Shown here piece after piece: positions 9,333-19,352 of a stretch of DNA of 64,000 nt (its first letter is position 1; each line of letters begins with the position of its first letter). Below the pieces are notes generated by a model. It was given only the letters and a program-made list of their open reading frames with translations. It was not told the DNA's origin and searched no databases. The stretch covers positions 4,544,001 through 4,608,000 of the forward strand of contig OZ244042.1 of assembly GCA_965215015.1 (NCBI GenBank), written 5' to 3'. Both the position numbers and the translations under genes were made by a program. This DNA comes from Candidatus Poribacteria bacterium. GTDB lineage: Bacteria > Poribacteria > WGA-4E > PCPOR2b.

Positions 9333-11609
9333 ATGTCTAAATCATTGGTTGTCGTTGAGTCTCCTGCGAAAGCGAAGACAATCAACAAATTCCTCGGGCG
9401 AAATTATATTGTGCGTTCTTCAGTGGGGCACATTCGGGACTTACCCGCAAAAAAATTAGCCGTGGATATTCAAAACGGATTTACCCCGGAATATGTCACC
9501 ATCCGAGGCAAAGCAAAAGTAATCAAAGAAATTCAGGCCGCGGCAAAGAAAACCGATGCAATCTACCTCGCCGCCGACCCGGACCGAGAGGGCGAGGCAA
9601 TCTGCTGGCATATTGCCGAGACGCTTAAAAGCGTGAAAAAGCCAATCTACCGGGTGACTTACAATGAAATTACGGAAGGTGCGATCCGAGCGGCGATGGA
9701 CAATCCCGGTGAAATTGATCAGCGGCTCGTGAACTCTCAACAGGCGCGGCGGGTCTTGGATCGATTGGTTGGTTATCAAATCAGTCCAATCTTATGGCGC
9801 AGTGTTAAACCGGGGTTAAGTGCCGGACGGGTGCAATCTGTCGCTGTGCGACTTATCTGTGAGCGGGAAGCGGAGATTGAAGCCTTTGTTCCCCAAGAAT
9901 ACTGGACGATTACTGCAAATCTGCAAGGGAAAAACTCTTCGCCGTTTGATGCGAAGCTCCTGCGGATTGGGTCGGAAAAGGGAAGTATCAGTACTTACGG
10001 TTTCCCAATTGATGAAGCGCGTGCAAAAGCAATCGTCGAAGATGCAGGGACAAAACCGTTTATCGTTAAAGACATCAAGAAACAGGAGCGTAAAAAGAGG
10101 CCTGTCCCCTCATTCATTACGAGCACGTTACAACAGGAGGCAGCTCGCAAACTCCGGTTCACAGCCAAACGCACTATGGCAATCGCCCAACAACTCTACG
10201 AAGGGTTAGACATCGGGGCGGAGGGTGCTGTCGGTTTGATTACTTACATGCGGACCGACTCCACTCGAATTGCGGACGAAGCTCTCAGAGAAGCACGGGG
10301 ATACATCAAAAAGACTTACGGGACAGATTACCTCCCGAAGAGTGCCGTACGTTACAGGAGCAGGGGGGGAGCGCAGGATGCACACGAAGCGATTCGTCCA
10401 ACTTCGGTTGAACGGACCCCTCAGGCGCTGAAACCCTATCTCTCCATTGAACAGCATCGGTTGTATGATCTGATTTGGAAACGATTTGTCGCTAGTCAGA
10501 TGAACCCCGCCCTTTTGGATGTGACCACGATTGATATTTCTGCGGGGGAATATCTGTTCCGCGCAACCGGATCAATTCTCAAGTTTGATGGATTTATGCG
10601 GCTCTATCTAGAGGGGCGCGATGATAACAACACAGAATCCAAGGGAGATGATGAGACCGGTGCAATCCTACCTGTGCTGGAAATTGGCGAGCGGCTTGAT
10701 TTGCGTAGATTGACACCTAAACAACACTACACGCAACCCCCGCCTCGATATACCGAAGCAGCTCTTGTTAAGGCATTAGAGGAGAAGGGAATCGGTCGTC
10801 CGAGCACGTACGCGGCGATTATCTCGACGATTCAAGATCGGGAGTACGTAGTGAAGGAGGAGCGGCGTTTCCAGCCTACGGACATTGGCAAGTTAGTCAA
10901 CCAACTGCTGATTAAAGGATTCCCCAATATCCTTGATACGCAGTTTACGGCAAAGATGGAAGATCAGCTTGATGGGATTGCCGAGGGAAAATCGGACTGG
11001 GTAGGCGTTCTCAGCGCGTTTTATGAACCTTTTACCCACGCCTTAGAAGCGGCACCGGATGTAATGTATCAAGCGCGTAAAGAGATGGAAGAAGAGTCTG
11101 ATGAAGTGTGCGAAAAGTGCAACGGAAAAATGGTTATCAGGTGGGGAAGATATGGTCGTTTTCTGGGTTGCTCAAATTATCCTGAGTGTCGTAATATTAA
11201 GCGTTTAACAGAGGATGATGTCCCCCCTCCTGAAGTGGAACCTACCGATGAAACCTGCGATAAATGTGGTAGTCCGATGGTGGTTAAAACCAGTCGTGCT
11301 GGCGGGAAATTTCTCGCATGCACAGGGTATCCCAAATGCAAAAACGCAAAACCAATCAACATCGGCGTTGATTGTCCTGAAGCGGACTGTGACGGCTATA
11401 TCGGTGAGCGGCGCAGTAAGCGTGGGAAAGTCTTTTATGGTTGCAGCAACTATCCCAAATGTAACTTTGTCTCGTGGGATAAACCGGTGAACAAGGAATG
11501 TCCAGAGTGCCAAGCACCATTCTTGGTTGAAAAGACAACGAAAACGAAGGGGCATTACCTTGCTTGTAACGATAAAGCGTGTGGTTACACAAAGTCCTTA
11601 AAAAACTGA
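9333..11609 (+). CDS. topA: type I DNA topoisomerase with C-terminal zinc ribbons
   Basis: LVVVESPAK, DPDREGE, SAGRVQS, ITYMRTD, GIGRPSTYA, repeated C4 motifs; ATG at 9333 after GGAG. Confidence 0.98.
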   Translation: MSKSLVVVESPAKAKTINKFLGRNYIVRSSVGHIRDLPAKKLAVDIQNGFTPEYVTIRGKAKVIKEIQAAAKKTDAIYLAADPDREGEAICWHIAETLKSVKKPIYRVTYNEITEGAIRAAMDNPGEIDQRLVNSQQARRVLDRLVGYQISPILWRSVKPGLSAGRVQSVAVRLICEREAEIEAFVPQEYWTITANLQGKNSSPFDAKLLRIGSEKGSISTYGFPIDEARAKAIVEDAGTKPFIVKDIKKQERKKRPVPSFITSTLQQEAARKLRFTAKRTMAIAQQLYEGLDIGAEGAVGLITYMRTDSTRIADEALREARGYIKKTYGTDYLPKSAVRYRSRGGAQDAHEAIRPTSVERTPQALKPYLSIEQHRLYDLIWKRFVASQMNPALLDVTTIDISAGEYLFRATGSILKFDGFMRLYLEGRDDNNTESKGDDETGAILPVLEIGERLDLRRLTPKQHYTQPPPRYTEAALVKALEEKGIGRPSTYAAIISTIQDREYVVKEERRFQPTDIGKLVNQLLIKGFPNILDTQFTAKMEDQLDGIAEGKSDWVGVLSAFYEPFTHALEAAPDVMYQARKEMEEESDEVCEKCNGKMVIRWGRYGRFLGCSNYPECRNIKRLTEDDVPPPEVEPTDETCDKCGSPMVVKTSRAGGKFLACTGYPKCKNAKPINIGVDCPEADCDGYIGERRSKRGKVFYGCSNYPKCNFVSWDKPVNKECPECQAPFLVEKTTKTKGHYLACNDKACGYTKSLKN

Positions 11610-11675
11610 GATATCAGAAGAAAGATACCCTCTAGTCAATCTCATTCAACAGCTTAGAGAATTTTTCAGACCGAA

Positions 11676-12332
11676 ATGATCCAAGTTTACAACGTTTCAA
11701 TGAGCTATAAGAAGGATATTGAAGTCCTTCACGAAATCAACTTTGATGTCAAAAAAGGGGAGTTTGTTTTCCTCGTCGGTACTAGTGGGGCAGGAAAAAC
11801 AACGATTCTTCGGCTCTTGTACCGGGAGCTTGCGCCTACCTCGGGGCACATTATCATTGCGGGGAAAAACCTTTCTCAAATTTCTCGAGCGCAAATTCCC
11901 TATCTGCGCCGAAGAATGGGCGTTATCTTTCAGGATTTTAAGCTGCTGCCGAACAAAACGGTTCAAGAAAACATTGCGCTTGCCATGAAAGTGACGGGAG
12001 CCAAGCGACCGCAAATTCGCCAGCAGGTGGATCAGCTCCTCCATCAGATGAGTCTAGTCCATCGAAAAGACGCATTGCCAGAGGATATTTCCGGTGGTGA
12101 GCAGCAGCGCGTTGCTATTGCTAGAGCGATGGCAAATGACCCGATGGTTCTCCTCGCTGACGAACCGACAGGGAATTTGGACCCGAAACTGTCGCTTGAA
12201 ATTATGCACCTCTTTGAAAGCTTCAACTTCCGTGGGACAACCGTGATGGTTGCAACCCATGATCTCTCACTCGTCCAGCAACTTGGGAGACGCGTGATAC
12301 GGATTGAAGATGGGAGAAATGTTGAAGATTGA
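11676..12332 (+). CDS. ftsE: cell division ATP-binding protein FtsE
   Basis: GTSGAGKT, IPYLRRRMGVIFQDFKLL, ISGGEQQR, LADEPTGNLD, MVATHD. Confidence 0.88.
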   Translation: MIQVYNVSMSYKKDIEVLHEINFDVKKGEFVFLVGTSGAGKTTILRLLYRELAPTSGHIIIAGKNLSQISRAQIPYLRRRMGVIFQDFKLLPNKTVQENIALAMKVTGAKRPQIRQQVDQLLHQMSLVHRKDALPEDISGGEQQRVAIARAMANDPMVLLADEPTGNLDPKLSLEIMHLFESFNFRGTTVMVATHDLSLVQQLGRRVIRIEDGRNVED

Positions 12333-12495
12333 TGATGTGTGAGGTGCGGCATTCTCAAATCTGGGAATCTGGTCTCGTGAATTGTTGCCTAAGAATGCTG
12401 CTGCCCGCTGCGCTAAAGCCAGCTGTGCTACAAGCCAAGAGCATGTCCATGGGCACCAAATTACCCCGATAGATTGGGATTTCGCTACGTTCAGC

Positions 12496-12927
12496 ATGAC
12501 ATTGAAATTCTTCAGTCCTACAGAAGTTGAGATTCTGACAGCTCTGACCGAGTGCATGGTGGGGAATAATTCTTCTGATGTGTGGAAACAACCCTATGGA
12601 CGTGAGGATCCAATACCAGCGTACTCTCCTGCGGTGACGACTATTGATGCCTTCGTTGCTGGCCTACCGTTGAACTTGCAAGTGCAACTTCGCCAAGCTC
12701 TTCACCTATTTCAATGGTGTCCGATTTTGTTCATTGGCAAGCTAGGTCCCTTTACCCGGCTCTCCCGACGGGATGCAGACGCTTATATTCGGTCGTGGGC
12801 GGAAAGTCGTTTCGGGCTACGACGACGTCTCTTTCGAGGCTTACGGGATTTGACGTTTCTCGGCTATTATAGCGAATCACCTACTGGCATCTATCACACC
12901 TCAACTGACGAACCGGAGGGAAGATGA
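12496..12927 (+). CDS. small GMC-associated protein (gluconate 2-dehydrogenase subunit 3-like)
   Basis: PFTRLS...W.ESR...RR.LF.GLR.L.FLGYY pattern typical of GMC partner subunits; ATGA overlap with GMC gene; start uncertain. Confidence 0.6.
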   Translation: MTLKFFSPTEVEILTALTECMVGNNSSDVWKQPYGREDPIPAYSPAVTTIDAFVAGLPLNLQVQLRQALHLFQWCPILFIGKLGPFTRLSRRDADAYIRSWAESRFGLRRRLFRGLRDLTFLGYYSESPTGIYHTSTDEPEGR

Positions 12928-14522
12928 CCATCCAGGGGCGTAACGTGAGGCAAGATCTCCGTGAAACGGTTGATATCTGTGTGATTGGATCGGGAGCAGG
13001 GGGGGCGGTGGCTGCCAAGGAGCTCGCTCAAGCTGGACTCTCGGTAGTTGTGCTGGAGGCGGGTGAGAATCACGATTCAGCGACGTTCAGTCGACATACC
13101 CCAGAGATGTTACTACGCCTGTTTTGGGAGGGTGGTATGCGAACCACTCGTGATGGTTCAGTGTTAATCTCCCAAGGACGGGGTGTAGGCGGCTCCACCG
13201 TCCATAATCTGTGCTATGCGGTGCGTACTCCCAACCCGATTTTGGAAAGATGGGAAACCGAGTTTGGAATCCAAAATCTGTCACCGAGCGATCTCGGCCC
13301 CTCCCTGGACCGGGTGGAGAGGACCTTGGCGGTGAAGTCGATTCAGGAAGAGCAGGTCAACAGGCTTAACCAAACCATTCGTCGAGGCTGTCAAGCCATG
13401 GGTTGGTGTGGGATTATACAACGCCATAATCGCGGTCCTTGCCCGGATTGTTCAGCGGGTTGTCTACTGGGGTGCCCCACTTCCCAACCGGGAATTGGGA
13501 AGCAGAGCATGGCGGTAAGTTACATTCCTCAGGCACTCGAAGCAGGAGCTCGCCTCTACACTGACTGCCTCACCGAAGGTATTGTTGTAGAAAACGGTCA
13601 CGTGGTTGGATCCATCGCTCGATTCCTGTCCGGTGATAGGCTGCCTAGATGGGTTGATACAAAAACTGACAGCTCCGCCGATTCAGGGAACAAGCGTAGG
13701 CATGAAGGCTCCCGGCTCTCTGTTCGCAGCAAAGCGGTGGTTCTAGCAGCAGGCGCAATCAACTCGCCTCAACTCTGGTTGAATAGCGGCCTTCCTGATC
13801 CGGGGAAACAGGTGGGACATAATCTGCATCTCCATCCCGCTATCTTCGTAGGCGGTATTTTCAATGAGGAGATCGATGCCCAACAGGGTATTCCTCAAAG
13901 CTTCTACGTTGACCAGTTTTTGGATTTGGCTCGTAATCCTGATAGCGGTTACCTTCTCATGCCTGCCTTCGGACCAATGGCAGTGGTAGCAGCCAGTATG
14001 CCCTCCTTTGGAAGAGAGCACAAAGATCTGATGCGTTCTTACCGAGGTATTGCTGCACTACTTGTGTTGCTCCATGACCGTTCTTCAGGACGGGTGAAGG
14101 TGAATCGGTGGGGGAAGCCGGTGATTCAGTATCGTCTCAATCGCGCTGACCGAGAATCATTGATCGAAGGGTTGATACACGGTGCCCAACTCCTTTTCGC
14201 TGCTGGTGCAAGGGAGATTACACTCCCTTACACGCGACGAATCATTATCAAGCGGGAGAGTGACCTTGAGATGATTCGTCAACGCGGTATCGTTGAGAAC
14301 GATATTCTGATTGCCTCTAGCCATCCCCAAGGAACGCTACGACTGGGGAGCGATCCGCGTAAAGCCGTCGTGGGCTCCTATGGAGAGGCACACGCTGTCA
14401 AGGGATTGTTTGTGGTTGATGCGAGCCTGTTTCCGACCTCAATTGGCATCCCGCCGATGTTGACAATTGCCGCTATGGCTGACCGAATTGCTCGACGATT
14501 GGCTGCAAACTGGCCACCTTAA
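12924..14522 (+). CDS. GMC family FAD oxidoreductase
   Basis: IGSGAGG, GRGVGGST, C..C..GC.LGCP, VGHNLHLHP, SHPQGT, VVDASLFP, PPMLTI. Confidence 0.93.
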   Translation: MTIQGRNVRQDLRETVDICVIGSGAGGAVAAKELAQAGLSVVVLEAGENHDSATFSRHTPEMLLRLFWEGGMRTTRDGSVLISQGRGVGGSTVHNLCYAVRTPNPILERWETEFGIQNLSPSDLGPSLDRVERTLAVKSIQEEQVNRLNQTIRRGCQAMGWCGIIQRHNRGPCPDCSAGCLLGCPTSQPGIGKQSMAVSYIPQALEAGARLYTDCLTEGIVVENGHVVGSIARFLSGDRLPRWVDTKTDSSADSGNKRRHEGSRLSVRSKAVVLAAGAINSPQLWLNSGLPDPGKQVGHNLHLHPAIFVGGIFNEEIDAQQGIPQSFYVDQFLDLARNPDSGYLLMPAFGPMAVVAASMPSFGREHKDLMRSYRGIAALLVLLHDRSSGRVKVNRWGKPVIQYRLNRADRESLIEGLIHGAQLLFAAGAREITLPYTRRIIIKRESDLEMIRQRGIVENDILIASSHPQGTLRLGSDPRKAVVGSYGEAHAVKGLFVVDASLFPTSIGIPPMLTIAAMADRIARRLAANWPP

Positions 14523-14524
14523 TT

Positions 14525-15544
14525 ATGTTCCAATCGATCGACCTACCAATCATATTTCAGAAATATCCATATCTCAATAAATATATCCCATGGCTTCCGC
14601 TTGGAAAGTTCCCGACTCCTGTACATCGGCTCATCAAACTTGAGTATGCCCTAGGATTCGATTCGCTGTGGATTAAACGGGACGATCGGAGCGGGCATTT
14701 GGGTGGTGGCAACAAGGTCAGGAAGTTAGAATATTTGCTAGCGGACGCGAGGGATAAGAGTTGTGAGACGTTGTTCGCAGTGGGAGCCGCAGATTCAAAT
14801 CATGTCCGCGCCACAATGACCTACGGAAAAATAGCGGGCTTTTATATTCACTGTTTGTTGCTTAATCAGTCGCATACCGATTCCCTTGAAGACAATGTTC
14901 AAGGGATACGTGCTCAGGCGGATCAGGTCCGACAGGTCTCTAACCGGATGAACTTAGTGAGTCTGTATGGATATGAATCCCTCAAACAGTTTTTTGGGCT
15001 TCACAGGTTACGATACTTTCTTGCGCCGGGCGGATCCTCGCCTCTCGGCTGTCTCGGATATGTCAATGCCGCGTTTGAGCTCAAGGCACAGATTGGGGCA
15101 GGGCTTTTACCTGAACCCAAACTAATCTTTGTAGCATTGGGGAGTCGCGGAACGATGGCAGGATTGGTAGTTGGCGCGCGGTTGGCGGGGTTAGAAGCCA
15201 GAATCATTGGGGTACGTGTCGTTGATCGGATTATGGGAAATGCACGATCGGTCGCACGGCTTGCACGTCGTACAATGCGGCTGATTGAAACGGGGGCGGA
15301 ATCCCGCAGCGACGAGCGGATTGATGCACACGAGATTGAGATTTGGCATCGCGATTTCGGAGATGGCTATGCTATACCCACCGAGGCGAGTTTACGTGCG
15401 GTAGAGATGATGCAACAGCATGAAGCTATCCCACTCGAAACTACCTACACCGGAAAGGCACTGGCTGGCTTGATCCACTACGTTCAGGAGCATCGGTGTG
15501 AAAAGCAACCGATTCTGTTTTGGAATACGTATGGACAAGCGTAA
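14525..15544 (+). CDS. PLP-dependent D-cysteine desulfhydrase/ACC deaminase family enzyme
   Basis: PTP, KRDD, GGNKVRKLEYL, SNH, PGGS, TYTGK. Confidence 0.85.
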   Translation: MFQSIDLPIIFQKYPYLNKYIPWLPLGKFPTPVHRLIKLEYALGFDSLWIKRDDRSGHLGGGNKVRKLEYLLADARDKSCETLFAVGAADSNHVRATMTYGKIAGFYIHCLLLNQSHTDSLEDNVQGIRAQADQVRQVSNRMNLVSLYGYESLKQFFGLHRLRYFLAPGGSSPLGCLGYVNAAFELKAQIGAGLLPEPKLIFVALGSRGTMAGLVVGARLAGLEARIIGVRVVDRIMGNARSVARLARRTMRLIETGAESRSDERIDAHEIEIWHRDFGDGYAIPTEASLRAVEMMQQHEAIPLETTYTGKALAGLIHYVQEHRCEKQPILFWNTYGQA

Positions 15545-15568
15545 CTCTACATTCAATAACAGGAGGCT

Positions 15569-16624
15569 ATGATGAAGAAATTACGAGTTGGAATTATTGG
15601 GTTGGGTGGAATCGCTCGATCCCACTGTGATGCGATTGCGACACTGGACAATGTAGAGGTTGTGGCAGTTGCTGACCTCTTTGAGGAAAAACGTCGCGAA
15701 TACATGGAGAAATATAATATCCCAAAGGGGTATCAGACTCACACGGAACTGCTTGAGGATGACGAAGTTGAGGCTGTGGCAGTTGTGCTTGGTCACCAGC
15801 TCCATCATCGGCTCACTGTGGACGCCTGCAACGCTGGTAAGCATGTCTTGGTAGAGAAGCCGATGGCGATTAGCCTGCAGCAGTGTGATGGCATGATAGC
15901 GGCTGCGGCTGCTAACAATGTCAAGCTGATGGTCGGCTATTCGCAGCACTATTACGGCACAAGCGTAAAGGCGAAGGAAATCCTCGATTCGGGCGATCTA
16001 GGACCGCTCATAACAGCAGTGTGCTACATGTCCAAGAACTGGGGCTATTCGGGACGTCGTCCTCAGTACCGCAGTCGCTATCACGGCGGTGGTATGTGGC
16101 TGACCAACGGCGTTCATGTAGTAGACCGACTCACATGGGTGATGGCATCACAAGTGGTGTCCGTATCCGCGTCTATCGGTGCACGTGCACACTACCAAGC
16201 AGGCGATGATTCTGCCACCGCCTTTATCCGATACAAAAATGGGCTTGCCGGCGTTGCTGTGGCGGTTGGATTTGCCGATGGTGCCCCAGACTTTAGTTGT
16301 CAAGTCATTTGTGCCAATGGCACCTTGCGATTCAGCCAGCACGGTGAAAAATATGTCAGGGTCGGAAAAGGAGACAAGTGGGAGGAGGTGCCCTTCGATG
16401 ATCCACCGGTCGAGATGCACAACGAGTGGAAATTTTTTGCCGAAGCGATTGAAAAAGATATTGAGCCACCGACCCACGGGGAATGGGGGCGTCACATTAT
16501 GGAAATCCTGTTTGCTGCTGAGCAGTCCGCGATCACCGGTCAAGAGGTAGTGTTAGATAGTAGTCCCGGTTGGACGAATCAGACATCTGGCTCTCCCATC
16601 ACAATCAATCACGGTTGGGTTTGA
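15569..16624 (+). CDS. Gfo/Idh/MocA family oxidoreductase
   Basis: GIIGLGGIA, GKHVLVEKPMA, GGGMWLTNGVH. Confidence 0.92.
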   Translation: MMKKLRVGIIGLGGIARSHCDAIATLDNVEVVAVADLFEEKRREYMEKYNIPKGYQTHTELLEDDEVEAVAVVLGHQLHHRLTVDACNAGKHVLVEKPMAISLQQCDGMIAAAAANNVKLMVGYSQHYYGTSVKAKEILDSGDLGPLITAVCYMSKNWGYSGRRPQYRSRYHGGGMWLTNGVHVVDRLTWVMASQVVSVSASIGARAHYQAGDDSATAFIRYKNGLAGVAVAVGFADGAPDFSCQVICANGTLRFSQHGEKYVRVGKGDKWEEVPFDDPPVEMHNEWKFFAEAIEKDIEPPTHGEWGRHIMEILFAAEQSAITGQEVVLDSSPGWTNQTSGSPITINHGWV

Positions 16625-16699
16625 GAGCATCGTGATAGCGAGGTCCAAATGAGTAGATAGACGCGTCCAAATTACTGACGGAAGAAGCGGAGGTAAGAA

Positions 16700-17974
16700 A
16701 TGTCCAATTCGATTTTGCAGGAGACAGCTGCACACAGTAATGTGGGTAAAAATATCGTTTTGCTGTCAGACCATGGTTGTGGTCGTGCTACCGCATACTC
16801 CGATGCCAACAAAATAATCACACTTCAGAACAAGACGCACGTGGCATGGCTTGACTCAATCGCTGAGGGCTTTCGGGTGCGCTCCCGGACGCTGGACCGA
16901 AAGACGAACCGATGGACCCCAACATATACCGTCGGAGAAGCGTACGATAACCACGGCGGCCCTGCGTTGACGGTAGACAGTTTGGGATATCTTCACATCG
17001 TTTATTACCCGCACCATCACCCCTTCAGATACCGACGTTCGGTACGTCCAAACGACGCGTCCGAGTGGGGGGACGAAATCGAGTTTGGTGAACGATGTAC
17101 TTATCCCACCATGGTCTGCGGATCGGATGACACCCTCTACCTAACAGGTCGAGAAAATCGAGGGGATCGACCGTGGTATGTGAACCTTTACATCAAACCG
17201 CCCAATGCACCTTGGCAGGAACCTATCCCCCTTTTCCAAGACGATAAGGGCGGGTATGTTCGCTTTCAGCAAGCGTTGGCATGGGGTCAAGACCATCGGA
17301 CGTTGCATCTAACCCTGTGGATTTTCGATGAGAATCGGGCGTATACCGTTGGTTATCTCCGTAGTCCTGACAGTGGCAGAACGTGGGAACGGGTTGATGG
17401 CACACCGGTTTTACTTCCCGCCACACGCGAGACAGTCACGCTCATTGACACCCAACATAGGGATTTGCGTTTCGGCTCTATTGCTGTTGATCAGGAGAGC
17501 ACCCCTTGTGTCCTCTACAGCACCTGTCCTTCCTTTTCCTTACCGTCCCATGCGTGGGTTGTACGGCTGGATGGGACTGGTAAGTGGTGCCGTCGCTCAC
17601 TCGCCGCTGAACTTCCCAAGGAATGGAAGGGTTGGAGTCTCGCTATGGATGGTGCCCTCCACATCGCTCCGGATGGTCGGATTTTCATCGTACTGGCCTT
17701 GATGAAACCTGAAACTGTCAGTGAGGCAAACTGGGGACATAAAAGTGCCGAAATCATTGGGCTGCAAGCCTCAGACATCAATGAAAAATTTACCGTTGAA
17801 CTACTCTCCAAACCCGATATGGCGGTTCCACATTGGCTTCCGAACCTGGAGCGTCCAACAGGGCACAACCACGTTGACGTCCCCAGCGTAATGTATACCG
17901 CCGGCGTTGCAGGTGAGGGGTGTGACGACATTCTTTCCAACAGTGTTTATTGGACGGAAATGCAACCACAGTGA
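16700..17974 (+). CDS. BNR/Asp-box repeat (BNR_4-like) protein
   Basis: DNHGGPAL, YPHH, TYP and Asp-box SPDSGRTW. Confidence 0.75.
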   Translation: MSNSILQETAAHSNVGKNIVLLSDHGCGRATAYSDANKIITLQNKTHVAWLDSIAEGFRVRSRTLDRKTNRWTPTYTVGEAYDNHGGPALTVDSLGYLHIVYYPHHHPFRYRRSVRPNDASEWGDEIEFGERCTYPTMVCGSDDTLYLTGRENRGDRPWYVNLYIKPPNAPWQEPIPLFQDDKGGYVRFQQALAWGQDHRTLHLTLWIFDENRAYTVGYLRSPDSGRTWERVDGTPVLLPATRETVTLIDTQHRDLRFGSIAVDQESTPCVLYSTCPSFSLPSHAWVVRLDGTGKWCRRSLAAELPKEWKGWSLAMDGALHIAPDGRIFIVLALMKPETVSEANWGHKSAEIIGLQASDINEKFTVELLSKPDMAVPHWLPNLERPTGHNHVDVPSVMYTAGVAGEGCDDILSNSVYWTEMQPQ

Positions 17975-18101
17975 TGGTCTGTTTTTTTACGTTTTCGTAG
18001 GAAAGATCTCCCCTTGAAAAGAGCAGGTTAGGCGGAGCAGTGGAGATTATGGAGGCTCCTTAATTGATTAAATCAAGGCAGGTGATAGTAGGAAATTTAC
18101 G

Positions 18102-19298
18102 GTGCACAAAAGCGGTCAAAAAAGTATCTATCGGATATTAACCCCCATTCTGTTTCTCGCTGGGATTCTCTTTTTCACGTTTCTTTCGCGTGTTGTCTTT
18201 TCACCGCTGCTGGTGCAAATTGAGGAAGAGCTCCACCTGTCCCATGCGAAATCGGGAAGTCTGTTTCTCCTCATCTCTATCGGATTTGCTCCGGTGATGC
18301 TGGGGTCAGGTTTCGTCTCCCAAAGGCTTACACATCGCGGGACAATCCTGCTTTCCTCAATAACGTGTGGGGTGGCAGTCCTGATAATCGCTTTCAGCCG
18401 TTCGCTAATCGGCATTCAAATCGGCATGACGGTGCTCGGCATGGGTTCGGGGCTCTATTTTCCGTCAGCGATGGCGACGATGACCCGTCTGGTAGATCCC
18501 GAGCATTGGGGGAAAGCGATTTCGCTACATGAAGCTGGACCAACGATGGGATTTGTCCTTGCACCTATCATCGCCGAATTGGGTTTAAGTTTTACCTCGT
18601 GGCGGGGTGTCCTGATCATTGTCGGTGTTGCAGGCTTAATGATGACCGCGATATTTGCACTGTTTGGGCAGGGCGGCAGATTTGCCGGTGAACCGCCGCG
18701 CTTGGATAACGTCGGACGAATCTTTTATCAACCCTCATTTTGGATTATCGCTATCTTGATGAGTCTGGCTTGCGGGGCAAGTGTTGGGGTTTACTCAATC
18801 CTTCCGGTCTATCTTATCAGTGAACGGGGGCTAGACCAGGGGCTGGTGAATACCCTCGTAGGGCTCTCGCGGCTATCCGGGCTTGTGACTCTTTTTCTTG
18901 CCGGCGGGTTGGCGGATCATTTTGGAGCAAAGCGGGTCATGGGAGGCATTTATGCTGCGACTGCTATTCTAACGGGCCTGCTGGGCTTCGGTCAAAATGT
19001 CATTCTAGTGATTGTGGTATTTTTCCAACCGGCGGTCGTTGCCGCTTTTTTTCCGGTGGCGTTGTTGGGGTTGGCAAACGTTGGACCGCCCCGCACCCGA
19101 AACGTTGCCGTCTCGCTGATGATCCCCTTGGTTTACCTGTTTGGCGGTGGGGTCGTCCCCGCTGGCATGGGGGTGATCGGGGAATACTACGGATTTGCGC
19201 TGGGTTTCCTTTTGATGGGAGGACTGCTGTTAGTTAGTTTATGTTTCCTGCTGTTTTTACGATCCCGACCGGATCCGAAGCCTGACCCCAACAGATAG
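18102..19298 (+). CDS. MFS transporter
   Basis: 398 aa, about 12 TM, GGLADHFGAK motif, GTG start. Confidence 0.88.
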   Translation: MHKSGQKSIYRILTPILFLAGILFFTFLSRVVFSPLLVQIEEELHLSHAKSGSLFLLISIGFAPVMLGSGFVSQRLTHRGTILLSSITCGVAVLIIAFSRSLIGIQIGMTVLGMGSGLYFPSAMATMTRLVDPEHWGKAISLHEAGPTMGFVLAPIIAELGLSFTSWRGVLIIVGVAGLMMTAIFALFGQGGRFAGEPPRLDNVGRIFYQPSFWIIAILMSLACGASVGVYSILPVYLISERGLDQGLVNTLVGLSRLSGLVTLFLAGGLADHFGAKRVMGGIYAATAILTGLLGFGQNVILVIVVFFQPAVVAAFFPVALLGLANVGPPRTRNVAVSLMIPLVYLFGGGVVPAGMGVIGEYYGFALGFLLMGGLLLVSLCFLLFLRSRPDPKPDPNR

Positions 19299-19352
19299 AG
19301 AAAGTGTCCCCGGCACCTTGGATACAAGCATATTCAACATGAGGTAAAAACA

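Noticed and set aside
14525-15544. ACC deaminase (acdS)
   Set aside because: Has TYTGK instead of the diagnostic YEGK; only family-level assignment is supported.
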